Shown: positions 1 through 12,832 of the stretch, in pieces
Layout of the letters: every line of letters begins with the position of its first letter
Position numbering within the stretch: position 1 is the stretch's first letter
Assembly: GCA_943704415.1 (NCBI GenBank)
Contig: CALSCO010001094.1
Coordinates: forward strand, 1 to 42,622
DNA from: Parvularia atlantis
Lineage: Eukaryota
Direction: 5' to 3'
Length of the DNA stretch: 42,622 nucleotides
Position numbers and translations under genes: made by a program
The notes under the pieces: generated by a model
What the model was told of the DNA's origin: nothing
Database searches by the model: none
Seen by the model: only the letters and a program-made list of their open reading frames with translations

Positions 1-1
1 C

Positions 2-112
2 GCGCCGTCGCGCCCCGCCCCGCCCGTGCCCGCCGCCAAGCCGACCGCGCCCCCCAGCGGCGGCGCGCGCAACCCGATGCTCCCGCCCGTGCCCCCGCCC
101 AAGCGCTTCTAA
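2..112 (+). CDS. 3' end of an upstream gene, proline-rich C-terminus (APSRPAPPVPAAKPTAPPSGGARNPMLPPVPPPKRF*)
   Basis: Open frame from position 2 with GC3-rich codons ending at TAA 110-112, followed by T-richer UTR-like sequence. Identity cannot be determined. Confidence 0.55.
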   Translation, partial: APSRPAPPVPAAKPTAPPSGGARNPMLPPVPPPKRF

Positions 113-217
113 CCGTTGTTGTTGCTGCCGTCTTTGCTGCTTCCTGCTCGGAGGTGCGGCTGGCGGGTCCACGCATCCCCCTCCTTTGTGCTGCCTTTGG
201 TGATGCAACATCGCGTT

Positions 218-1632
218 TCACTCCCGTGCCACCTCGACCACGGCCCTTACAACCTCCTCCAGCGGCCCGTCCGCGCCCACGCGCTCGACGCGCCCAGGGA
301 AGCGCGCAAGGAGGCGGTCGTACGTGGTCGCGACGCGGCTGGCGAGGCTGTTGGGCGCGGTGAGGGCGAGCAGGCGCTCCTCGGGCGTGAGGGCCTCGCC
401 GCGGTGGCGGATGCGTTGCTGGCGCGCGCGCGGGCTGGCGTGGAGCAGGAGGACGAGGCGCGGCTGGAGCAGGTCGGCGGGCCAGGCGTAGAGCGCGGCG
501 TCGGCAGGCGGGACGTCGTCGAGCGTGGGCACGGCCTTGGCGAGGGCGTAGGCGGCGGTGCTGTGCCAGAAGCGGTCGACGACGATGGGGCCGCGGCTAG
601 GGCCGGCGGGGGCGCGCGCGACCTCGTGCGCAAAGATGTAGTTGCCGAGGCCGTAGAACGCGCGGCGCAGCGGCTCTGGCTGGCGGTCGAAGAACTGCGC
701 GGACGTGTCAAATGCGTGACCAGTGCCAGTTCGCGCGGTGTGACAAGCACCGGGCGGAGGTGCGCGATCGACGCGGGCGGGGTCTGCGCGACATCACCGC
801 CGAGCTCCTGCGCGAGGGCGCGTGCCACCGTCGACTTGCCCGTCCCGTCCAAACCCTCGAGCGCGATGACCACTCGCCCCTCCGTCCCCTCCTCATTCGA
901 TCGCTCCTGGGCCTGGCGGGCGTGCGCGAGCAGTTCGCGGAGCTCGGCAGCGTCGTCGAGCGCGGCCCAGTCCTCGACGTAGCGCAGCGCGGCAAGCAGG
1001 GTGTGGTAGACGTGGCACGTGCTGGGCGACCAGTAGACCGGATGCAGGTCCGTGCCGCGGCGGCGCGGCCGCTGCGGCGCGCGCGTGACGAGCGAAACGC
1101 TCTCGACGGCGGCGGTGTCGTCGGCGGTGCAGGCCACGACGCGCTGCTCGAGCACGTCGGCACGCCCGGGCACGGGCGTGAGCACGTAGACGGCCTTCTG
1201 CCGCGCCTCGCGCGCTAGCGCCATGACGTCGTCGAGGCGCACGCCACTCGCGCCGCCCGTCGGCACGGCAAAGCCGGGCTCGTACCACGCGCAGGTCTCG
1301 GCGTCCCATCCGAGCGAGCCGAGGACGAGCGCGGTCGGCGCGAGCGCGGCGAGGCGGCGGTGCAGACGCGCGTTGGCGTGCGCATTCCACGCGTCGCTGT
1401 GCGGCTCGGCCATCGGGTTGTGCGCGGTCAGCAGCACCCACTTGTCCGCGCCGCCACTCGTCAGCATCGCTGGCATCGTCGCGCCCATCGCCGTCGCCGT
1501 CACGGGCACGGGCGCAAGGTAGCACGTCTCGTCCGGCAGCTCCACCGCGACCGGGCACGTCGCCCACAGCGCCCGCAGCGCCTCGTCCGCCGCCGCTGCG
1601 CTCATCCGCAGTGCGCGACGGGCCAGAAGCAT
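218..1632 (-). CDS. CMPK2: DUF3293-like domain fused to a CMPK2-like (thymidylate-kinase family) nucleotide kinase, possible mitochondrial presequence; one intron 695-750
   Basis: Starts MLLARRALRMS. DUF3293-type motifs LTAHNP..N..AN..L..G..W.EPGF..LA..RQKAVY. Kinase P-loop IALEGLDGTGKST, then TPP, RRAFYGLGNY, VVDRFWHSTAAYA, YAWPADLLQP, matching recalled CMPK2 motifs. A GT..AG 56-nt intron joins HLRP|FFDRQ. Confidence 0.8.
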
Positions 1633-1779
1633 GACAAGTCGCGGGCATTTCTGGTGCGGCATGGGTGGGGGCGCGCGACAGACGTGGCTGAGGCCGCTTT
1701 GGCGCGCGTCGGCGGCTTCTCGCTCACGACGCGCCCCCTTCCTCCCCCCCCCCCGCGCGCCCCCAGCCCGCGGTGCAGC

Positions 1780-4877
<3,098 letters not shown>

Positions 4878-4958
4878 CTGTGCGCTTCTCATCGCTCACC
4901 TGGCGCAAGTTTGTCGCTGTACATCGCTCCGTTTGTGCAACATCTCCAGACAGACACA

Positions 4959-6697
4959 TCACACCAGGCCGGCGCTCACGGCCACACGAGCCGCCTCGAG
5001 GTACAGCCGCGTCGCGTGGTCGGCCTCTGCTTGCGCACAGATCAGACGCCGGCACAACAAGCACGCGCGGGGGGGGGGGGGGGGGGGCGCACCGTACGAG
5101 AGCTCGCGCAGGCAGTGCACGGCGCGGTAGACGCGGCGGTCGAGCTTGTGCACGAGCGCCTCGCGCACGATCACGTCGAACGCGCCCGCGACGGCGTCCG
5201 GGTCGGGCGTGTCGGCCGAGCGGTCCATCGCGTCGAGCAGCTGCAGGTCGGGCGCGCGGTGGCCCTGCGCGAGGAAGAGCGTGGCGAACGCAACCCAGGC
5301 GGCGCGGACGAGCTGCAGCTGCTCGGCTGGGCTGAGGAGCATGCCGAGGCACGTCTTCGTGCCGTAGAGGCCGGCGATCTGCCGCGACCGCGATCAGCCG
5401 CGCCGTCGACGTGCCAGCACGCGCGCGCACCGCGTCGAGCAGTTCCACGTCGCGGCAGCCCGTCCCGTACCACACCTGAACGCCGAGCAGCACGAGCGCG
5501 CGGGCCGAGCGGTACACGTGCATGTCGACTGGCTCCTGTGTGCGCACGTCCTCGTCAACGACAAGCACACGACACACGTGCACGCGCACGCACCTCGACG
5601 ACCGGGTCCACGTCGCGCTGGTGCTCGTGCCAGCGCGTGTCGGCGACGCGCGGCCACTGCTCGGCACAGCGGCGCAGCACGTCGCGCTTCGTCTCGCGCA
5701 CGACCGCGAGCCGCTCGTCGACCGTCGTCGTGCGCGCGAGCAGCTGCGGCAGGTCCGCGAGCGCCGTGTCCGTCGCGAGCTGCACGATCAGCGCGAGCGG
5801 CTCGAGGTCCGTGGCCGCGGCGCTGGCGACGTCGCGCGCGACGAGATCGAGGTGGCCGTCGCTGTGCGTCGCGCAGATGGCGCTGCGCACGTTTGCCGTC
5901 AGCGTCGCCCCAGCCCCCCTGCCGCACCAAAGACGGCGACGCACGCGAGCGCACGCGGCACGATCACGCCGCCGAGGTACTCGCCGGGCGCGCTGATCGG
6001 CTGCTCAAAGTAGCCGCCCGAGTGGTGGTGCGCCTCAAGGGCCCATCCTGCGCCATGCGACGTGCGCGCGTCACGCGGCCGACCCAGCGGCTGCTTGTCG
6101 TCGCGCACCGAGACAGGCGATGCGGCGCAGTGGCGCGCACGCGAGGCCCGCCACGAGCCGCGGCAGAAAGCGGTTGACGGTCGCGCGGATGCCGTACGCG
6201 CCAATGAGCTGCGCAAACAGCGCCTCGAAGCGCGTCGCCGCGGTGCCGTCGCCGAGATGCTGCTGCCACGTCGCCGCCAGGTCGCCGACGTCACTCGGCT
6301 GCGAGCGCAGCGCGGCACCACCGCCGTGGCCGAGCAGCTGCTGCACCGAGGCTGGGACGGAGCGGCCGTCAGCATGACGCGCGCCGGCCGCGACGGTCCA
6401 GCGCGCACCACCGAGGCACCACAGGCTGACGAGCGTCGTGGCCCGGTCGGCGTCGGCGTCGAGGTCGTCCTTGCCGTGCTCACGGGCGTTGCTTTCGCCG
6501 CTGCCGCCACTGCTGCTGACAAGCCGCAGCAGCGTCTGCGCCTCGTCGGACGTGTGCACGTCGCGCGCGAGCGCCCAGCTGACTTGCACGCCGCAGCCGC
6601 GCTTGAACCGGTGCGGCTGGCCCGTGCCGCTCGCGCCCACGTCCACGGCGCCCTTCTTCGCCTCGGCGTCGCGCGAAGCCGTCGAGGTCACGACCAT
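4959..6697 (-). CDS. Questin oxidase family (DUF4243/AflY-like) homolog with degenerate conserved motifs, multi-intron
   Basis: The spliced product gives LVSLWCLG-ASVQQL, YGIRATVNRFLPRLVAGLACAPLRRIACLG, RDVELLDA..LLSPAEQLQLVRAAWVAFATLFLAQG and LDRRVYRAVHCL, colinear with recalled family blocks LALYALGASPEQL, LPxLxxG..HPLIxLG, DFFLLH..WxxxxxxYxAQG and DxHxxKxV. Confidence 0.6.
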
Positions 6698-6740
6698 ATG
6701 AGCAGCGAGCTGAAGCGCGCGTGAAACGGTGTGTTCCAGC

Positions 6741-6752
6741 CGTGACGTCACG
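6741..6752. promoter_or_regulatory. Perfect 12-bp palindrome CGTGACGTCACG (CRE/ATF-like TGACGTCA core) in an 85-bp divergent intergenic gap
   Basis: Seen directly, roughly midway between the divergent ATGs at 6697 and 6783; a CACGTG lies at 6771-6776. Confidence 0.45.
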
Positions 6753-6782
6753 CCGTCACGGTTCATCGGCCACGTGGTCGGG

Positions 6783-9105
6783 ATGCTGCGGACGCTGCGG
6801 ACGCTGCGCCTGATCGCGCCGCTGCTCGCGCCGCGCGCGGCCTCGGCGGCGGCGGCGTTCCACACGGCCACGGCGCCCGTCGCGATGATGATGATGAAGA
6901 TGGCGCGCGCCACCCACGGCCGCGTGCGCTACACCTACCCGGGCCTGGCCAAGCACACGCGGCCCGAGCGCATCAACGGGCGCGAGCGTCGCCGGCGCAT
7001 CCTCGAGAACCTGCGCGCGCGGCCGCCGCGCAAGTCGGGACGGAAGCGGCCAGCTGCGGCTGCGGCTGCCGCTGCTGCTGCGAAGCCGGCAGACGACACC
7101 AAGACGCTCGTTAGCAGCGCGACGTGCGTACATCGCGCTTCCCCCCCCTCTCTCGTTCGCGCTGCTTGACGCGCACGCGCGCAGTGTCACAATGAGCCAG
7201 CTTGAGCAGCGCGCCAACCGCGCGTTCCACGAGATCGGCGTGCTGCCGACCATCGTCGAGGCGCTCGCGGCCAAGGGCATCGTCAAGCCGACCGAGATCC
7301 AGGCCCTCGGCATCCCCGAGGTCCTCGCCGGGCGCGACGTGCTGCTCGCGGCCGAGACCGGCTCGGGCAAGACGCTCGCGTACGTCCTGCCGGTGATGCA
7401 GAAGCTCAAGGAGCAGGAGGCGGCCGGGTGCGAGCGGCGCTTCGCCCGGCCGCGCGCGCTCTTCCTCGTGCCGAGCCGCGAGCTGGCGCAGCAAGTGCGG
7501 GTGCGTCGGCTGCCAGTCACGCGTTGTCGGACTGACTAAAGGGGTGGCAGACCGTCGTCAAGTCGCTCACGCACAGCGTGCGCCTGCGTGTCGTTGCGCT
7601 CAGCGGCGTGGGCGTGCGCAAGCAGGAGCGCGAGGCGCTCGATTCGCTGGTGCGTGCGCAGCGGGAGAAAGGCGGCCGCCGTGACTGAGCTCGCCCGCGA
7701 CGTACAGGTCGACATCGTCGTGGCCACGCCTGGCCGCCTGCTCGAGCACCGCTCGGCGGGCACGCTGTCGCTGTCGGACGTGCGCTACGTTGTGATTGAC
7801 GAGGCCGACACGATGCTCGACTCGGCGTTCAGCGGCGACATGAAGCAGATCATCATGCCCGTGCAGGCGCGCGCCGAGGACGGCCAGCGCCACTTCATCA
7901 CCGTCACCGCGACACTGCCCAAGCCGGTCGACCGCTTCATCGCGTCCACCTTCAAGGTGGGCGCCGGCCTGCTCCGTGCCGCGCGCCGTGCTCACCCCCG
8001 CGCCTCGCTCGCAGGACGCCGTGCGCGTGACCACGCCGTCGCTGCACCGCACCGTGCCAACGCTACGCCAGCGTTTCGTGACGATCCGCGGGCACGGCGG
8101 GCCCAAGCACGGTGCGTGTGCGCCCTTGCGCGTTTTCTGCGCGCTCTGCTTACGCTCGAGCAGTGCAACTGCTGGGCGTGATGAAGGACGCAGCCGCGCG
8201 CAAGACCCTCTTGTTTTGCAACACGACCGGCAGCTGCGTAGCGCTGCACGCGTTCCTTCGTGAGCGCAAGGTCAAGGCGGCGGTGCTGCACGGCGACCTG
8301 CGCGCCGAGGTGCTGGCCGTGTGCGCGCGTACACGATCGCGTCTGCTCACGATCACGTGCGTGTGCAGGAGCGGTCCAAGCAGATGGAGCTGTTCCTGTC
8401 GGACGCGGCTGACGTGCTCGTCGCGACCGACATCGCCTCGCGCGGCCTCGACACGACCAAGGTGCGCACGGGCCGCCGCGCTCTGCTGCTGACCGCATCT
8501 CGTGCAGGTCGATCACGTCATCCTCTTTGACTTTCCCAAGAACGCGATCGACTACCTGCACCGCGTCGGGCGGACGGCGCGCAACGGCGCGGCCGGGCGG
8601 GGTGCGTGTGCGTTTATGTGTGCGCTGTGGGGTGTTGACGACGCGCTGCGCAGCCACGAGCCTGATCGGCCGCAAAGACCGCAAGCTCGCGCTCGCCATC
8701 AGCACGTCGCTGCGGCGCGGCTACGCGCTCGGCTGGGCGCCGGAGAACCAGGCCGGGGAGGACGAGAGCGCAGGCGGGGCGCGGCGACGTTTCGCGGCTC
8801 GGCGTGGGCCGGGGCCCGATCGCGAGCCGCGGGTGCTCGGACGGCCGCGCGGGCCGCGGGAGCGCGTACGCGGGCAGTACGGCTGGCGCGACGGCGAGCG
8901 CGACGACCGACGGCGTAAGACGGCGGACGACCGGTGGCGTAAGTCGGCGGGGTCGAGCGCGCGCCAGCCGCGCAAGATGGGCGGATCCGAGTCGAGCAAG
9001 CGCCAGTCCGGCAAGCCGATGGAGGGGCGCAAGACGTCCAGGCCGGCCGCAGCACGCACCAAGACGGAGCGCAGGCCTGGCAGGCCAAGCAAAAGCCTAA
9101 CCTGA
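6783..9105 (+). CDS. DEAD-box RNA helicase, probably mitochondrial (DDX28-like), multi-intron
   Basis: Arg/Leu/Ala-rich presequence [15 protein letters not shown]. Motifs [60 protein letters not shown]. Basic C-terminal tail. Confidence 0.9.
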
Positions 9106-9381
9106 CAGTGTACATCGCCGTCCGGCACAAAAAAAAAAATCACAGCAAAAAGTAACTGCCCGGGCCGCTAGCTATTCATTTGGCTAAAAGTCCCCGTGCG
9201 TCACTCGCTCGCGCGGGCGCCACCTAGCGCACGACTGCCAGTGATCACCACCGCACGCGCGTCGCGTACACCACATCTGCGCGTAGCCATAGTGCGTCCG
9301 TATTCGGCCCGCCGGCTCGGCCAAGGCCAAAAAAAAAAAAAAAAAAAAAAAAACGCCGGCGCAAACTAGCACCACCACGCC

Positions 9382-9699
9382 GTCCGAGTCAGTCACGGCC
9401 TGTGTGCGTGCGCACATGCCAAATGCACCACCGTGGCACGACGCCGCGTGAAACATCAGTAAATGCTTGTCCAGTGTGTAATGACGAAGCCAAGTGTACC
9501 TCCCGGTATGCTGTAGACTCAGATAGACACGCTCTGTCACGGTAGTTTGCGAGAGGCGCGAGACCTTCCAGACGCTGCGAATTGTGGTCTTTCTCTCGAA
9601 GCGGGGCGCTCGTCACACGTCCGCGCGTCCGCTCTTGCTTGCCTTCTCGTCCCCCGCACCCGCGCGCACCGCACGAGGCGCGTCATCACTGACTCGGAC
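9382..9699 (-). ncRNA. Candidate long box C/D-type RNA (alternatively a small TIR element)
   Basis: Minus strand begins GTCCGAG-TCA-GTGATGA (box C) and ends CTGA-CTCGGAC (box D plus terminal stem). Has an internal hairpin, a lower-GC core and a T25 run 28 nt downstream. No credible ORF. Confidence 0.4.
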
Positions 9700-9791
9700 C
9701 GCCGCGCGCCACGCGCCGCGACTGCTACACAAAGATCCACGTTGACGTCGCCGCCTCCTCTCACACCACCCAGCGAAAGGAAAGAAAAAAA

Positions 9792-10525
9792 ATGGTGCGC
9801 GGTCGCCGTCGCGCGCGCGCGCGCTCAGCACCCGCCGCCGTCGCTGACTGCGCGCGCCGCTGCTCGCCCGCAGGCGCAGTACGACCTCGGCATGTGCGTT
9901 TTTGGCCCGCGCCCGCCCTGCCCTCTCCTTCGCCGCTAAATTGCGCGACACGCGCCCGCCACGCGGCCCCGCAGCGCCTACATCCTGTGCATCTTCCTGG
10001 GCCAGTGCGGCGTGCACCACTTCTACCTGGGCAATGTCGGCATGGGCATCCTCTACATGTGCGTGCTGTGCCCGTTCCACGTGCGTCTGACGCCCCTGCG
10101 CGCCCCTACGCGCCGCACGCGCAGCTTCACGTTCGGCCTGTTTGGCATCGGCCTGTGCATCGACCTGTGCATGATGCCCGCGCACGTCGAGGCCGGTGCG
10201 CCGCGTGCCGGCCCTTGTGCCACGCGGCCCAGCTGCTAACCCGGGGCACGTGTGCACAGCCAACCACCGCGGCGGCGCGCACGTTGTCGTCATCCAGCAG
10301 CAGCCGGGTGGCGTGCAGGTCGTCAACAACACGGCCATGGCCTACCCGCCGCAGGGTTACCCGCCGCAGGGCTACCCGCAGCAGGGTTACCCGCCGCAGC
10401 AGGGCTACCCGCAGCAGGGCTACCCGCCGCAGCAGGGCTACCCGCCGCAGCAGGGCTACCCGCCGCAGCAGGGCTATCCGCCGCAGCAGGGCTATCCGGC
10501 CCCGCAGGAGCCGCCCAAGTACTGA
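9792..10525 (+). CDS. TM2-domain membrane protein with a C-terminal GYPPQQ repeat tail; 4 introns, first coding exon is ATG only
   Basis: Spliced: [54 protein letters not shown], which fits the TM2 signature GxHRFYLG..G.LY..T.G..GIG..D. Followed by (GYPPQQ)n and PPKY*. Confidence 0.88.
10342..10500 (+). repeat. Coding tandem repeat of 15-18 nt units encoding GYP(P)Q(Q)
   Basis: Repeated (cag)ggctacccgccgcag units directly visible. Confidence 0.9.
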
Positions 10526-10763
10526 TCGGGCCACGCGCACCAATAGTCGCACCGTCATGCGATCCCCTCGCATCGGTCGCTTTGTGTCCTCCCCTCTTCC
10601 CCCTTCACTGTCGCTTGTCGTCTGTGTGCCGTGCGCGCGCTTGCTTGCCAAGTAGCCTAGAGCCACAAGGCGAACCGAACCGCAAGCGGAGAGCAGCAAG
10701 AGGCCACTCACGTGGCCACGCCTGGCTGTGTTTGTGATCTGGGTGTGGCCGTGACACGCGCCG

Positions 10764-11597
10764 ATGGGCTGCTGCTCCTCACGCGCCGAGGACGACGACG
10801 GCGCCGCGCCGGCCACACAGGACCCGCGGCGAGGGTCCGCGGCGGCCGTGGACGCGCGGCGGGTGCGTGCGCCGCCCGCGGTCGTGCCTCGCTGAGCCGC
10901 AGCGCGCGCAGCATCGCAAGGTCAACGAGCGCACGCCGCTGCTGAGCAGCGCGCAGCCCGCGCCGCTGGGCGCGCAGAGCCTCGGGTGCGTCGCGTGGGC
11001 CGCGCGTGTGGTGGGCCGCGCTGACAGCGGGCGCGCCCAGGTCGCAGGCCGCGGTGCAGCACGCGCAGGCCGAGAAGGAGGCGTTCAAGGCGGTTATCCA
11101 GAAGACGGCCGAGTGCGTTTGCACGGCTGCGCGCCGTTGCTGCGGGCTGACGGCCGACGGGGGGGCGCGTTGTCGTCAGGAACCTGATCAACGTCATACC
11201 CGCCGACGCCCTCAGCAGTAAGGCCGCGGCCGCGTCGAGCGAGCGCGCGAGCCAGTACCAGTGCGCCTCACATCAACCGCATCACCCCGCATCGCTCACA
11301 CGGCCGCAGACGCGCAGTGGCCGCCGTGCGCAGCAACAGCGCAGGCAGTAGGCTGCTCAGCTCGGGCGGCGGGGCCGCTGTCAAGGCCCGCGCCGACGTG
11401 CCCGGCGTGCTCGCCGCAGGGGCGATCAGTGCGGCCGACCGCGAGCTCGTGCGTCGTCTGCGTGCTGTGCATGGCCGTGGGGACCGACGCTCGCGCGCGC
11501 GCAGATCAGCGGCGAGGCGAGGCGACTGGCCGCGGCCGTGAGCAGCGCCACAATCACCGGCATCGGCCCGATCGTGCAAGCCCTGCCAGAGCTGTGA
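10764..11597 (+). CDS. LAMTOR1: Ragulator anchor subunit LAMTOR1/Ego1-like; 5 introns
   Basis: MGCCSS myristoylation/palmitoylation start, dileucine motif NERTPLL, and FKAVIQKTAENLINV resembling LAMTOR1 ILAKTASNIIDV. Ends GPIVQALPEL*. Confidence 0.8.
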
Positions 11598-11668
11598 GCG
11601 GGCGCGCTTTCTGTTTGGGGAGTGTCAAGCGAAGCACACAAAGAAGGAAGGAAAAAAGTCCACGTCCG

Positions 11669-12588
11669 TCACACGGCGTCGGTGCCGTACGAGCGCGCGG
11701 GCACGCCGCGGCTGGCCGCCTGCGCAGCCGTGAGCAGGACGGTGCTGACAGCAGCACAAACACACCTGCTGCGCGCGCTTCTCGGCCGCCGCCGCCGCCG
11801 CGTCGCGCTGCGCGTCGCTCTCAACGCCACGCACGTACGTCGATGGCTCCTGGATCTGCGAGTAGTTGCTACCTGCTGGTGCGCGCGTGTGCCGTCAGCG
11901 ATTGCAAGCGTGTCGTCCCGGCCGCACCCGAGCTCGGCGCCTCGCCAAAGCGGCGCATGGCCAGCCCGGATGAGAGCAGCCACAGCGCCATGACGATGAA
12001 GGCAAACGCGACCACGGCGCGCGCGTTGTCTGCGGCGGCGCGTCATTGAGCAGACGCGGGCGGCGCGCGCGTGGAAAGGACGGCCGCACCGAGGTCAAAC
12101 GTCTTGAGCGCGCTCACGGTGCCTATCCCGGCCGTGAACCACTGGATCGCCCACGTGAACGAGATGACCTGCGCGCGTCGGGGGTGCGTCGGCGCACGCC
12201 ACGCACAAGCACGCCCGCCGGCCCGCGCACCATCTCCATCGCCGGGACGCGCCCCGCGTTGAACGCCGTGGCCGGCAGCCGCGACGGCCCGTACAGCTGC
12301 AGCCACAGGAAGACCGCGTCCAGCAGCACGCCCGACAGGCCCAGGTAGATCACGAAGGCGTACCTGCGCGCGATGAGCGAGCAGCTCGCACGATGCGCGC
12401 ATCGCACACATGCACGCACCACGGCTCGCTCTGCCTCGTCACGAGCGACGCGGCCAGGCAGAACGCGATGAAGCCAAAAAGCGCCTGCGCATCGCGCGCG
12501 CGTAAGCACAGCGCCGACGTGAGGAGGGGCGACACGCGCGCACCTCGAGCACGCGCAGCGCGGCCTGCGCCGTCGTCTCAAGCGACAT
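11669..12588 (-). CDS. MARVEL-domain four-transmembrane protein, multi-intron
   Basis: Spliced MSLETTAQAALRVLE|ALFGFIAFCLAAS..YAFVIYLGLSGVLLDAVFLWL..EM|VISFTWAIQWFTAGIG..ARAVVAFAFIVMALWLLS: four hydrophobic helices with MARVEL-type LRxxE start and AxxAFxF end. Confidence 0.7.
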
Positions 12589-12727
12589 CGGTACACGGGT
12601 ACTTTACCAGAATGCCCTGACGAGATACCCGACAACTGCAGCATGGCACTACCGTGACAGGCGTGCTGTTGACGTCGCCGGGTCCCGGCCTCTCGCCGTG
12701 CTTCCTGCGCGCCGAGCGCCCCTCTGT

Positions 12728-12728
<1 letters not shown>

Positions 12729-12762
<34 letters not shown>
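12729..12762. repeat. (CT)n microsatellite in a divergent intergenic region
   Basis: Directly visible. Confidence 0.9.
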
Positions 12763-12764
<2 letters not shown>

Positions 12765-12832
12765 TCTCCGCCTGCTGCGCGCTCTCTGCCCCGCGCTGCG
12801 CTTCGCCCGCATCGCGCGTCCGCATCATCACG

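Noticed and set aside
1..112. Possibility that the gene next to CMPK2 is viperin, as in vertebrates
   Set aside because: The visible tail is proline-rich and ends PPPKRF, unlike the viperin C-terminus; no radical SAM motif in the window.
9184..9200. AAAGTCCCCG resembling the RNase MRP RNA CR-I motif
   Set aside because: Lacks the preceding G and has no matching downstream GGGGCTNA CR-V partner.
9555..9590. Minus-strand GGAAGGTCT (RNase P CR-I-like) and ATTCGCAG (U14 domain A-like)
   Set aside because: No downstream CR-V for RNase P and no U14 domain B; the matches are too short to name the RNA.
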